From: Corynebacterium amycolatum
GTDB lineage: Bacteria; Actinomycetota; Actinomycetes; Mycobacteriales; Mycobacteriaceae
NCBI RefSeq assembly: GCF_049243625.1
Contig: NZ_CP046975.1
Length of the DNA: 32,000 nt
Strand: one strand, 5' to 3'
In this document: in pieces, positions 8,546-16,509 of the stretch
Layout: every line of letters starts with the position of its first letter
How positions within the stretch are numbered: the stretch's first letter is position 1
Position numbers and translations under genes: made by a program
The notes under the pieces: generated by a model
Seen by the model: only the letters and a program-made list of their open reading frames with translations
Told to the model about the DNA's origin: nothing
Databases searched by the model: none

Positions 8546-9226
8546 TTACTTCGATTGGAAGTCAATAACCAGGCGGTTTGGATTGCTCAACGAGAAAACC
8601 TTGAACGGGGTCTTATCTCCCTTGAGCCCGACGACATACTGAGTCTGCCCCTCGAAGGTTCCGGCACCGACGACTTCCTTAATAACGGAAGTCGATGTCG
8701 GCTTGACCGAGTCAGAGGGGAAGTCCTCCATCTGGAAATCAAAGGGGTAGCCCATGCCCCGCAAGTCGATTACCAGCTTGGCTGTACCGTCGACAGAAAT
8801 CGGCTTGCCGGAGCCCTGCTGGGTTGGGACATCCTCGTAACGGACGAAGTATCCCGGTGTGCCCTCGCCGGTGAGTTCAAAGACAATGCGGTCATAACCG
8901 TCGTGGGAACCGACGCGGACATCTTGAATACCCAAGTAAGCGCCATCGGAAGGAGCAGCTTCTGCAGAGGAGCTATTGAAATCGCCCGCCGGAGCAGCAT
9001 CGTCATCCATGGTGGTCTGCGCCGCCGCAGACGAGCTAGTGGAGCTGCTAGAGCTGCTCGACAAATCGGAGGTGCCAGCGGTTGAGTCAGTTTTCATAGA
9101 CAGTGCAGCAGCCGAGTCTGAGGAGGAGTCAGAGGAGCAGGCACCGAGAGCTAGACCCAATGCGAGGCACAGGGATGCCGCGATACGGGTACGAGTGCGC
9201 GAAGCATCCAGCGATTTCGTATTCAT
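8546..9226 (-). CDS. AMIN-like domain-containing secreted lipoprotein
   Basis: Signal peptide with lipobox: MNTKSLDASRTRTRIAASLCLALGLALGAC. A Ser-rich linker follows (SSDSSSDS...SSSSSSSTSSS). The C-terminal beta-rich domain (VRVGSHDGYDRIVFEL...GTAKLVIDLRG...NRLVIDF) resembles AMIN-type domains. I prefer ATG 9226; the TTG at 9277 merely extends the ORF. Confidence 0.75.
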   Translation of the reverse strand: MNTKSLDASRTRTRIAASLCLALGLALGACSSDSSSDSAAALSMKTDSTAGTSDLSSSSSSSTSSSAAAQTTMDDDAAPAGDFNSSSAEAAPSDGAYLGIQDVRVGSHDGYDRIVFELTGEGTPGYFVRYEDVPTQQGSGKPISVDGTAKLVIDLRGMGYPFDFQMEDFPSDSVKPTSTSVIKEVVGAGTFEGQTQYVVGLKGDKTPFKVFSLSNPNRLVIDFQSK

Positions 9227-9389
9227 ACGTCCGACGGTATGTGCGCGGTTGCGGAATTTCAACAAGTTGAACTGCAAAAGTCGAGGTCAAAGTTATTTGT
9301 TGTCAAAGTGTTGCACAATAGTAATAAAACAGGGGTGAACGCTGCGACCTAAGACCCAATCGCAGAGGTACTCAATTACGCTTAGGCGT

Positions 9390-10301
9390 ATGAGCCAGGC
9401 CAAATTTGATACCACCTGTTCCGCTCAGATGGCTGAGCCGCTTCCCGGTACTGCAAAAGCCGGAAAGCTCTTTATTGCGTTGGAGCACCAACTCGGTTGG
9501 TCGCACGATATTTTTGACGGCGGGGTATGGGGAGCAGAGATCACCGGTCAGGTAGAAGCCTGGTTATCTGAGCGCGGTGGCGCGTTGCAGCTAATTCGCA
9601 AACCAGGCCGAATCGGCCAGCAGCCGTGTGATGGCGTTAACGTCTATATCGCGCATTGCGAGTCAGCGGATGGCTCTGAGGTTTTCCTCGAACATCGCAT
9701 GGTTGCCGATGTTGAAGACCTGATGACTCTGGATATCCGGCTTGGACAGTCCACCGAGGGGGCCACTCGTCTAGACCATCCACTGTTTCTCATCTGTACG
9801 CACGGTAAGCGCGATCGTTGCTGTGCGATTAAAGGTCGCCCGCTCGCTGCGGCGATGCACAACCTCTACCCAGAGGTCGTGTGGGAAACTTCCCACTCTA
9901 AGGGGCACCGCTTTGCGCCGGCTAGCGTACTGCTGCCATGGAATTACAGCTTTGGACGTCTGAGTGCGGTGGACGCCAAGGGGGTTATCGAAGACGCTCA
10001 GCGGGGCATCGTGCATGCAGGGGGCTGCCGCGGCCGTGGTATCTACACCCCGCAGGGGCAGGCAGCCGAGTTGGCTGCGCGTCGTCAAGCAGATGCGTGG
10101 GGCGTAGACGACGTCGCACGCGTTGACGTCGACGGTACGACTGCAGTCGTCGCGCTTTACGACGGCCCCAGCGACCGCGACAAGGTCGTGGAATACGAAG
10201 TGGCCCTGGAGAAAATCACCACAGAAGGTGTTGTGTCTTCCTGCGGTGATGCTCCAGGGCCAAAGAAGGGCTGGGCTGCGGTCGAAGTAACCCGCCGCTA
10301 G
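9390..10301 (+). CDS. Sucrase/ferredoxin-like (thioredoxin-like [2Fe-2S]) family protein
   Basis: The motif LFLICTHGKRDRCCAIKGRPLA followed by SHSKGHRFAP is characteristic of the Suc_Fer-like family. 303 aa. Confidence 0.75.
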   Translation: MSQAKFDTTCSAQMAEPLPGTAKAGKLFIALEHQLGWSHDIFDGGVWGAEITGQVEAWLSERGGALQLIRKPGRIGQQPCDGVNVYIAHCESADGSEVFLEHRMVADVEDLMTLDIRLGQSTEGATRLDHPLFLICTHGKRDRCCAIKGRPLAAAMHNLYPEVVWETSHSKGHRFAPASVLLPWNYSFGRLSAVDAKGVIEDAQRGIVHAGGCRGRGIYTPQGQAAELAARRQADAWGVDDVARVDVDGTTAVVALYDGPSDRDKVVEYEVALEKITTEGVVSSCGDAPGPKKGWAAVEVTRR

Positions 10302-10315
10302 CTAGCGGCTAGCTA
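10299..10315. terminator. Palindromic hairpin between convergent genes (sucrase/ferredoxin-like gene and metI)
   Basis: TAGCTAG-CGG-CTAGCTA, a perfect 7-bp stem with a 3-nt loop. It includes the + strand stop codon. There is no U-tract. Confidence 0.3.
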
Positions 10316-10325
10316 ATGTGTGCGG

Positions 10326-11027
10326 CTACCTGCGCATAATCTTCTTGGAGAGCCAGTTGCCGAAAATCTGCGCCAACTGGACGATGAAGATGATGACCAG
10401 GGTTGTCACCAGAGTGACGTTCCAGTCGAATGCCTGGTAGCCGTAGGTGATTGCGAAGTTGCCCAGTCCGCCGCCGCCGATGTAGCCGGCCATAGCCGAC
10501 ATGTCGACCACGGCGATGAATGCGAAGGTGTAGCCAAGTACCAGTGGGCCCAGTGCCTCCGGCACGACGACCGTGCGGATGATGCGCCACGGACTTGCGC
10601 CCATCGCACGGGCGGCCTCAATCACGCCGGGGTCGATGGACATCAAGTTCTGCTCCACCAGTCGCGCGATGGCGAATGTGGCGGCAATCGACATGACGAA
10701 CACCGCGGCTTCAGTGCCGATCGTGGTGCCGACCACGTTCTTTGTCAGTGGGCCAATGGCCGTAACCAAGATGATGAACGGGATTGGGCGGACAAAGTTA
10801 ATCAGGACATTGAGGACCTGGTAGACAAACTTGTTGCGCAACACGCCACCGTCGCGGGTGGTGTAGAGCAGCACGCCGATTGCCAGACCTGCGACACCAC
10901 CAATCAGCATGGCGACACAGACCATGTAGAGCGTCTGGCCGAATGCCTCGCCCAGCATTGGGCCGAGGCTATCCCAGTTGGTGTCCTTGCCACTCACCGA
11001 TGGCAGAGAGTTTAAGAGACCGATCAT
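10326..11027 (-). CDS. metI: Methionine ABC transporter permease
   Basis: 233 aa, polytopic. Its start overlaps the metN stop by 4 nt. It is the last gene of the metQ-metN-metI order and shows MetI-type permease similarity (EAARAMGASPWRIIRTVVVPEA). Confidence 0.9.
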   Translation of the reverse strand: MIGLLNSLPSVSGKDTNWDSLGPMLGEAFGQTLYMVCVAMLIGGVAGLAIGVLLYTTRDGGVLRNKFVYQVLNVLINFVRPIPFIILVTAIGPLTKNVVGTTIGTEAAVFVMSIAATFAIARLVEQNLMSIDPGVIEAARAMGASPWRIIRTVVVPEALGPLVLGYTFAFIAVVDMSAMAGYIGGGGLGNFAITYGYQAFDWNVTLVTTLVIIFIVQLAQIFGNWLSKKIMRR

Positions 11028-12073
11028 GATGCAAGCTCCTCTACCTGTGTCAGTTCGGAAATGGCAGCAATGGCGGCATCGAAATCAGAGGAATCCGAGG
11101 CGGAATCACCTGTCAGCGGAGTCAACCGCAAAGTAAGGCGACCGTAGGACTTCGCTTGCACATTGGCGACTGCACCGTGTGCCACCGAGGCGGCGACACC
11201 GTGGGCACTAGTGGCCTGTGCTAGAGCACCGAGGTCAACACCGTCATTGATAGTGATGGTGATCAGGCGAGCCGCTGCGCTCTCGGCAGACTGATTCACC
11301 GAATCGCGTTCACGACCAATCGGAACATCGCGCAGCGCGGTGGTGGCGAAGCGGCGGCCAACCTCAGTCTTGGGATTGGCAAAGACCCCGTGGACCGTAC
11401 CAGTTTCGACGATGTGCCCATTTTCCATGATGGCCATGCGGTCAGCGATACCGCGTACAACCGACATGTCATGGGTAATCAGCACGATAGTGACACCCAT
11501 TTCGCGATTGATGCGACGCAGCAGATCCAGGACACCAGAAGTAGTTTCCGGGTCGAGTGCCGAGGTGGCTTCGTCGGCAAGCAGGAGCGTCGGTTCGGTG
11601 GCGAGCGCACGGGCGATGCCGACACGCTGCTTCTGTCCACCCGAGAGCTGCTCTGGGAAGGACTCCGCCTTGTCGCCGAGACCGACGAACTCCAACAGCT
11701 CCTGGGCGCGAGCGCGGCGCTTGGCCTTCGGCATACCGGCCAGTTCCAGCGGATATTCAACGTTGCGAATCGCGTTGCGCGAATGGAAGAGGTTGAAGTG
11801 CTGGAAGATCATGCCGATATTGCGGCGCAGGCCCCGTAGCTGGCGCTCGGAGATGCCGACGATGTCGGTGTCGTCCAGCAAAACCTGCCCTGATGTTGGC
11901 TTTTCCAGGCCGTTAATCATACGGATGAGCGTTGATTTACCGGCGCCGGAATAACCGATGACGCCGAGGATTTCGCCGGGTTCAACGGTCAGGTTGATGT
12001 CGGCGAGCGCGGTGACGTCGCCGAATTGCTTGTTCAGCTCGCGGAATTCGAGCTTCGTTCCCTTGTTGGTCAC
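11024..12073 (-). CDS. metN: Methionine ABC transporter ATP-binding protein
   Basis: Walker A GYSGAGKST, ABC signature LSGGQKQRVGIARAL and Walker B LLLADEATSALD are present. A C-terminal NIL/ACT-like domain is typical of MetN. GTG start. Confidence 0.9.
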   Translation of the reverse strand: MTNKGTKLEFRELNKQFGDVTALADINLTVEPGEILGVIGYSGAGKSTLIRMINGLEKPTSGQVLLDDTDIVGISERQLRGLRRNIGMIFQHFNLFHSRNAIRNVEYPLELAGMPKAKRRARAQELLEFVGLGDKAESFPEQLSGGQKQRVGIARALATEPTLLLADEATSALDPETTSGVLDLLRRINREMGVTIVLITHDMSVVRGIADRMAIMENGHIVETGTVHGVFANPKTEVGRRFATTALRDVPIGRERDSVNQSAESAAARLITITINDGVDLGALAQATSAHGVAASVAHGAVANVQAKSYGRLTLRLTPLTGDSASDSSDFDAAIAAISELTQVEELAS

Positions 12074-12137
12074 GAATGAATCAGTGCCCCTTGGTCTGTG
12101 TTCCCTGGTGGTGGGCGGTGCTTAAGCGGCAGTGGCC

Positions 12138-13004
12138 TTAGTTCTGCTCGCGCTGCTGCTTTTCGACGCGGTCCAAAATGTCCTGCAGCTCCTTAGCCGA
12201 ACGGTCAACCGGAACCGAGGTGCCCTTGGAGTCCTCTGCGACTGCGTCCTGGACCTCCTTGGAGTGCCAGATCTTGGAGAGCTCCGCGTACTTCGGGTCG
12301 TCAGCATTTTCAGCCTTGGTGACAAAGACGTTGATGTACGGCTCTGCCTCCGTGGAGTTCGGGTCATCCTGGAAGATGGCGGTGTTCGGGTCGATACCGG
12401 CGCGGTCCAGGAAGGAGTTATTAATAATGGCAGGCTTACCCTCGCCGTAAGCGGCCGGGGTCTGAGCAGCATCCACTGGCAGGACCGTGACTGTGGAAGC
12501 TTCCTTATCGATGTCGGCCGGGGACGGAGTCAGCAGGTCATCCTGCTTCAGCTTTAGCAGGCCAGCCTGAGCCAGCACGTTAATAGCGCGCCCCTGGTTG
12601 GAAGGGTCGTTCGGGATAACGACCTCGGTGCCCTTCTTCAGCTCATCAACTGACTTGTGGTCCTTCCAGAACAGAGCCAGCGGGACAATCTCGCTCGAGC
12701 CAATCGGCGTCAGGTCCGACTTAGCGCCGACGTTGTACTCAGCCAGGAACTTGATGTGCTGGAAGAGGTTGACATCGAGCTGGCCCTCATCGAGTGCGCG
12801 GTTCGGAGTCTGGTAGTCGGAGAAGTTCTGAACATCCAGATCAATGCCCTGTTCAGAAGCCTTCTGCTCGAAAACGGTCCAGGCCTTCTTGCCGGCATCC
12901 GTGGTGCCGATACGAATGGCGTCATCCGAGCCGCCACAGGCAGTAAGGCCGGTTGCGGCGAACGCGACAGTAAGTACACCGGCGGAAAAACGCTTGAGGT
13001 TCAT
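12138..13004 (-). CDS. metQ: Methionine ABC transporter substrate-binding lipoprotein (NlpA/MetQ family)
   Basis: Lipoprotein signal MNLKRFSAGVLTVAFAATGLTAC. MetQ-family core sequences are present (QNFSDYQTPNRALDEGQLDVNLFQH). SD AAGGAG lies 8 nt upstream of the ATG. Confidence 0.9.
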   Translation of the reverse strand: MNLKRFSAGVLTVAFAATGLTACGGSDDAIRIGTTDAGKKAWTVFEQKASEQGIDLDVQNFSDYQTPNRALDEGQLDVNLFQHIKFLAEYNVGAKSDLTPIGSSEIVPLALFWKDHKSVDELKKGTEVVIPNDPSNQGRAINVLAQAGLLKLKQDDLLTPSPADIDKEASTVTVLPVDAAQTPAAYGEGKPAIINNSFLDRAGIDPNTAIFQDDPNSTEAEPYINVFVTKAENADDPKYAELSKIWHSKEVQDAVAEDSKGTSVPVDRSAKELQDILDRVEKQQREQN

Positions 13005-13056
13005 CGAGGGGTCTCCTTATTTAATGGGATTTGTTAGCTGAAGTTTTAAGGCAGAA

Positions 13057-13072
13057 CTAGACCAAGCTGTCT
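13057..13072. promoter_or_regulatory. McbR-type operator candidate (TAGAC-N6-GTCTA) upstream of metQNI
   Basis: TAGAC-CAAGCT-GTCTt matches 9/10 consensus positions and lies 53 nt upstream of the metQ ATG. It shares the identical 12-mer ACCAAGCTGTCT with the site upstream of metY. Confidence 0.55.
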
Positions 13073-13202
13073 TTAATTCTGGGGTTAAGGCTAGCACTTG
13101 CCCAGGTGGTGCTGAAAATTCAACTTCAGCCTAAACAGTCGAACGTGGCTGAGATGTGACTTACGGATGCGTCCCGGGGGTGACGTTTAATGCAGATGGC
13201 AG

Positions 13203-13218
13203 TCGAAAATACGTTTGA
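13203..13218. promoter_or_regulatory. LexA (SOS) box upstream of dnaE2
   Basis: TCGAAAATACGTTTGA compared with the C. glutamicum LexA consensus TcGAA(a/c)AnnTGTtCGA. It matches 12 of the 14 specified positions and ends 34 nt upstream of the dnaE2 ATG at 13252. Confidence 0.55.
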
Positions 13219-13251
13219 ATTCAGTCCGCGGTGTGGGTTAATGTTCGTGGC

Positions 13252-16200
13252 ATGGAAAACATCTCGGACGGGCAGTCGGAGCGGTCCGGTCGACCACTGA
13301 GTTGGTCGCGGATTGAGCGTATTCTATCGGGTAAATTTTCAGGAAAACTACAGCCTAATGGTAGCTTCAACGGCTGGCGGGGGCAGCTGTCAGATTCCAT
13401 CGTTGGGGCTTTTGAAGCTCCGGAAAGCGGCGCTGGTGGCAGAGGTGGCATGTCATTTACGCCTGCGGATATTAAGGCGGAATTGCACTGTCGTTCGAGT
13501 TATTCCTTCCTGCATGGCGCATCGGATCCGGAAGAATTGGTGTCCGAGGCTGTGCGTTTGGGGTTAAACGTGTTGGGGCTGACAGATCGCGATGGTTTCT
13601 ATGGAATCGCTCGTTTTGCCGAGGCTGCAGCGGAGGCTGGTATTGCCACAATTATCGGCGCGGAGCTGGGGCTTCCGCAGCGGCCCCTCACGGTGCTGGG
13701 GCGGGGTCCCGAGGGCTATCGGCGCCTGAGTCACGCGCTGTGTGATGCGCATATGTCTGCGGGGGAGAAGTCCGTCGTCCGCTATCCTCCACTGCCAAAG
13801 TTGGGGGAGGCCGCAGGTGGTTTCTGGCAGGTGCTTGCCGACGTTAACTGGCTCGGCGACCTGGAAGAACTTATTGCGGCCTTCGGTGCGGAGAATGTGG
13901 CACTCGAACACCGCGTGAGCCCCACCGCGCAGGCGGCCGATGACGCGGAAGCTATTTCAGCCGCAGCTGTGAAGTATGGCCTGCGGGAGGTGGTTTCCTC
14001 TGCTGCGACGTCGGCTTCGCCTGCGACAAGCCGGTTGGCGGGGGCTAAACAGGCTCTTGCTGTGAGAGAGGACTTAGACGGGTTCGAGTCACGACTGGAG
14101 CCGGCAGGCGGAGCTTGGTTGCGTTCGTGGGAGGAGCTAGCGGCGGCAACACGGTATCTGGGGGCGCAGGTGCTGCAGTCAACACAGGACATTGCAGGTG
14201 AGTGTGCTTTTACGCTTGACCTCATTGCGCCTGAGTTGCCTCGCTGGGAAGTGCCAGAGGGCCACGATGAGGACTCCTGGCTGCGGGAAATTACCCGTGC
14301 GGGGGCACGGCGGCGGTATGGTCCGGTCGATGGAGCTGGGGACGGCTCCGTGCAAGCGCGGGCGTGGGCGCAGTTAGAACATGAGCTGACTGTGATTCGA
14401 GAGCTGGGCTTTCCGGGCTACTTCCTCATCGTGCACGACATCTGTGAGTTCTGTCGCCGGGCGGGAATTCTGGCGCAGGGGCGCGGTTCGGCCGCTAACT
14501 CGGTGGTGTGTTTTGCGCTGGGGATCACCAATGTTGACCCCATTAGCGCCGGGCTGTTGTTCGAGAGGTTTTTGTCGCCAGAACGGGATGGTCCGCCGGA
14601 TATCGATGTAGACATCGAGTCTGGTCGTAGGGAAGAGGTTATCCAATACGTCTATGAAAAGTATGGTCGTGACAATGCTGCGCAGGTGGCCAATGTCATT
14701 ACCTACCGGCGGCGCGGCGCATTGCGCGATGCGGCGCGGGTGTTGCGATACTCGCCGGGCGTTATCGATGCGTGGGGCAGAGACCGAGAAGCGTGTCCGC
14801 CGGAGCCGGTGCGGAAACTGGCAGAGCAGCTTCGTGGGCAGCCTCGTCATTTAGGCATTCACTCTGGCGGAATGGTGATTTGTGATCGGCCGATTGCGGA
14901 TGTCGTGCCAGTGGAATGGGCACGCATGGAGGGGCGCTCAGTAGTGCAGTGGGATAAGGATGACTGTGCGGCAGCGGGACTGGTGAAGTTCGACCTGCTT
15001 GGCCTCGGAATGCTGGAGGCCATCCACCATTGCATTGACTTGGTCTATGAACAGCACGGGCGCCGAGTGAACCTGTGGGAAATAGATGTCGCTGAACCGG
15101 AGGTTTACGAGATGTTGGCACGCGCGGACGCGGTGGGCGTGTTTCAGGTGGAATCGCGCGCGCAGCTGGCCACCTTGCCCCGACTGAAGCCGAGGGAGTT
15201 CTTTGATCTGGTGGTGGAGGTGGCACTCATTCGCCCAGGCCCCATTCAAGGCGGTAGCGTGCACCCCTACATTCGCCGCCGAAATGGACTCGAACCGGTG
15301 ACCTATGAGCATCCGGTGTTGGAGAAGTCTCTCGGGAAGACACTGGGCATTCCGCTATTTCAAGAGCAGCTGATGCAAATGGCCGTCGATGCGGCGGGTT
15401 TCAGCGGGGCGGAAGCGGACTCGCTGCGCCGCGCTATGGGGTCGAAGCGCTCAGTGGCCAAAATGGAAGCGCTCCATGCCCGTTTTCTGGCTGGGCTGGA
15501 GCGCACCAGTGGCATTGATGCGGATATTGGGGAACAACTGTGGAACAAGATAGTGGCCTTTGCCGCCTACGGTTTCCCTGAATCACACGCGCAGTCGTTT
15601 GCCTCCTTGGTGTATTTCTCGGCCTGGTTTAAGTACCACTATCCGGCGGAGTTCTGTGTAGCGTTGCTCCGTGCTCAGCCCATGGGGTTTTACTCTCCGC
15701 AGTCGTTGATTGCCGATGCCCGCCGGCGCGGTATCGGCTGCGATGGTCCGGATATCGCAGTTTCAGGCGTGGAAGCCAGCGTCATCGATGGTCGTATTCG
15801 TTTGGGGCTCGGTGCCATTGCCGGTGTGGGCAATGGCGTGGCGGAACGTATCGTCGCAGCGCGGCCATTTGTCAACGCAGCAGATGTCGCCCGCAGAGCT
15901 CGGCTGGGTGTTGGGCACATGGAAGCACTGGCGCGCGCAGGAGCACTTGGGTCGCTGGGGATTGACCGTCGTCAAGCACTGTGGGCGGCGGGCGTGGCGG
16001 CGACGGAAAGTGAGGGCATGCTGCCGGGGCTCACGCTTGCTGACGCACCGGCGTTGCCCGGCATGACGGAGTTTGAGCTGGCAGCTGCCGATTTGATGGC
16101 AACGGGAGTGACCCCGGGGCAGTACCCGGTAGCTGCGTTGCGGGCAGACCTGCAGGAACGTGGAGTGGTGCCTGCGGCGGAACTGAAAGCAGTGCCCGAT

Positions 16201-16491
16201 GGAACACGAGTAGAAGTGGCGGGAGTCGTGACACATAGGCAACGTCCAGGGACAGCTGGCGGAGTGACATTTTTGGGAATGGAGGACGAAACTGGGCTGG
16301 TGAATGTGCTGTGTACACCGGGGCTGTGGAATCGTTTTCGGCCGGTAGCGGTGAATTCGCGGGCGATGGTGGTGCGCGGTATCGCGCAGACAGCCTCTGG
16401 TGCGGTGACAATCGTGGCCGATCGTCTGGTGGATATGTCCGAGGCTCTGGGGCGGCCGGTGGTGGCAGGTCGAAGTAGAGATTTTCGCTGA
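13252..16491 (+). CDS. dnaE2: Error-prone DNA polymerase III alpha-type subunit DnaE2 (ImuC)
   Basis: PHP domain (AELHCRSSYSFLHGASDPEELV) and pol III alpha core (FPGYFLIVHD, PDIDVDIE, GIHSGGMVI, FQVESRAQ) are present. The N-terminal PLSWSRIERILSGK parallels M. tuberculosis DnaE2 PPSWAEMERVLNGK. This supports the ATG at 13252 over the internal ATG at 13450 or the GTG at 13231. Confidence 0.9.
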   Translation: MENISDGQSERSGRPLSWSRIERILSGKFSGKLQPNGSFNGWRGQLSDSIVGAFEAPESGAGGRGGMSFTPADIKAELHCRSSYSFLHGASDPEELVSEAVRLGLNVLGLTDRDGFYGIARFAEAAAEAGIATIIGAELGLPQRPLTVLGRGPEGYRRLSHALCDAHMSAGEKSVVRYPPLPKLGEAAGGFWQVLADVNWLGDLEELIAAFGAENVALEHRVSPTAQAADDAEAISAAAVKYGLREVVSSAATSASPATSRLAGAKQALAVREDLDGFESRLEPAGGAWLRSWEELAAATRYLGAQVLQSTQDIAGECAFTLDLIAPELPRWEVPEGHDEDSWLREITRAGARRRYGPVDGAGDGSVQARAWAQLEHELTVIRELGFPGYFLIVHDICEFCRRAGILAQGRGSAANSVVCFALGITNVDPISAGLLFERFLSPERDGPPDIDVDIESGRREEVIQYVYEKYGRDNAAQVANVITYRRRGALRDAARVLRYSPGVIDAWGRDREACPPEPVRKLAEQLRGQPRHLGIHSGGMVICDRPIADVVPVEWARMEGRSVVQWDKDDCAAAGLVKFDLLGLGMLEAIHHCIDLVYEQHGRRVNLWEIDVAEPEVYEMLARADAVGVFQVESRAQLATLPRLKPREFFDLVVEVALIRPGPIQGGSVHPYIRRRNGLEPVTYEHPVLEKSLGKTLGIPLFQEQLMQMAVDAAGFSGAEADSLRRAMGSKRSVAKMEALHARFLAGLERTSGIDADIGEQLWNKIVAFAAYGFPESHAQSFASLVYFSAWFKYHYPAEFCVALLRAQPMGFYSPQSLIADARRRGIGCDGPDIAVSGVEASVIDGRIRLGLGAIAGVGNGVAERIVAARPFVNAADVARRARLGVGHMEALARAGALGSLGIDRRQALWAAGVAATESEGMLPGLTLADAPALPGMTEFELAAADLMATGVTPGQYPVAALRADLQERGVVPAAELKAVPDGTRVEVAGVVTHRQRPGTAGGVTFLGMEDETGLVNVLCTPGLWNRFRPVAVNSRAMVVRGIAQTASGAVTIVADRLVDMSEALGRPVVAGRSRDFR

Positions 16492-16509
16492 CTATTAGAA
16501 TGGATTGTT

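Noticed and set aside
10320-11015. 231-aa ORF on the + strand, antisense to metI
   Set aside because: It is a shadow ORF. The - strand encodes a clear ABC permease whose start overlaps the metN stop.
13139-13154. TCGAACGTGGCTGAGA, a possible second LexA site in the metQ-dnaE2 spacer
   Set aside because: It has a perfect left half-site, but the right half matches only 3/6. It is probably a chance half-site.
13231-13452. Alternative dnaE2 starts (GTG 13231 and ATG 13450)
   Set aside because: The conserved actinobacterial DnaE2 N-terminal motif (PLSWSRIERILSGK) lies upstream of 13450, so that start would truncate it. GTG 13231 would leave only 12 nt after the LexA box and has no SD. ATG 13252 is preferred, though 13231 cannot be excluded.
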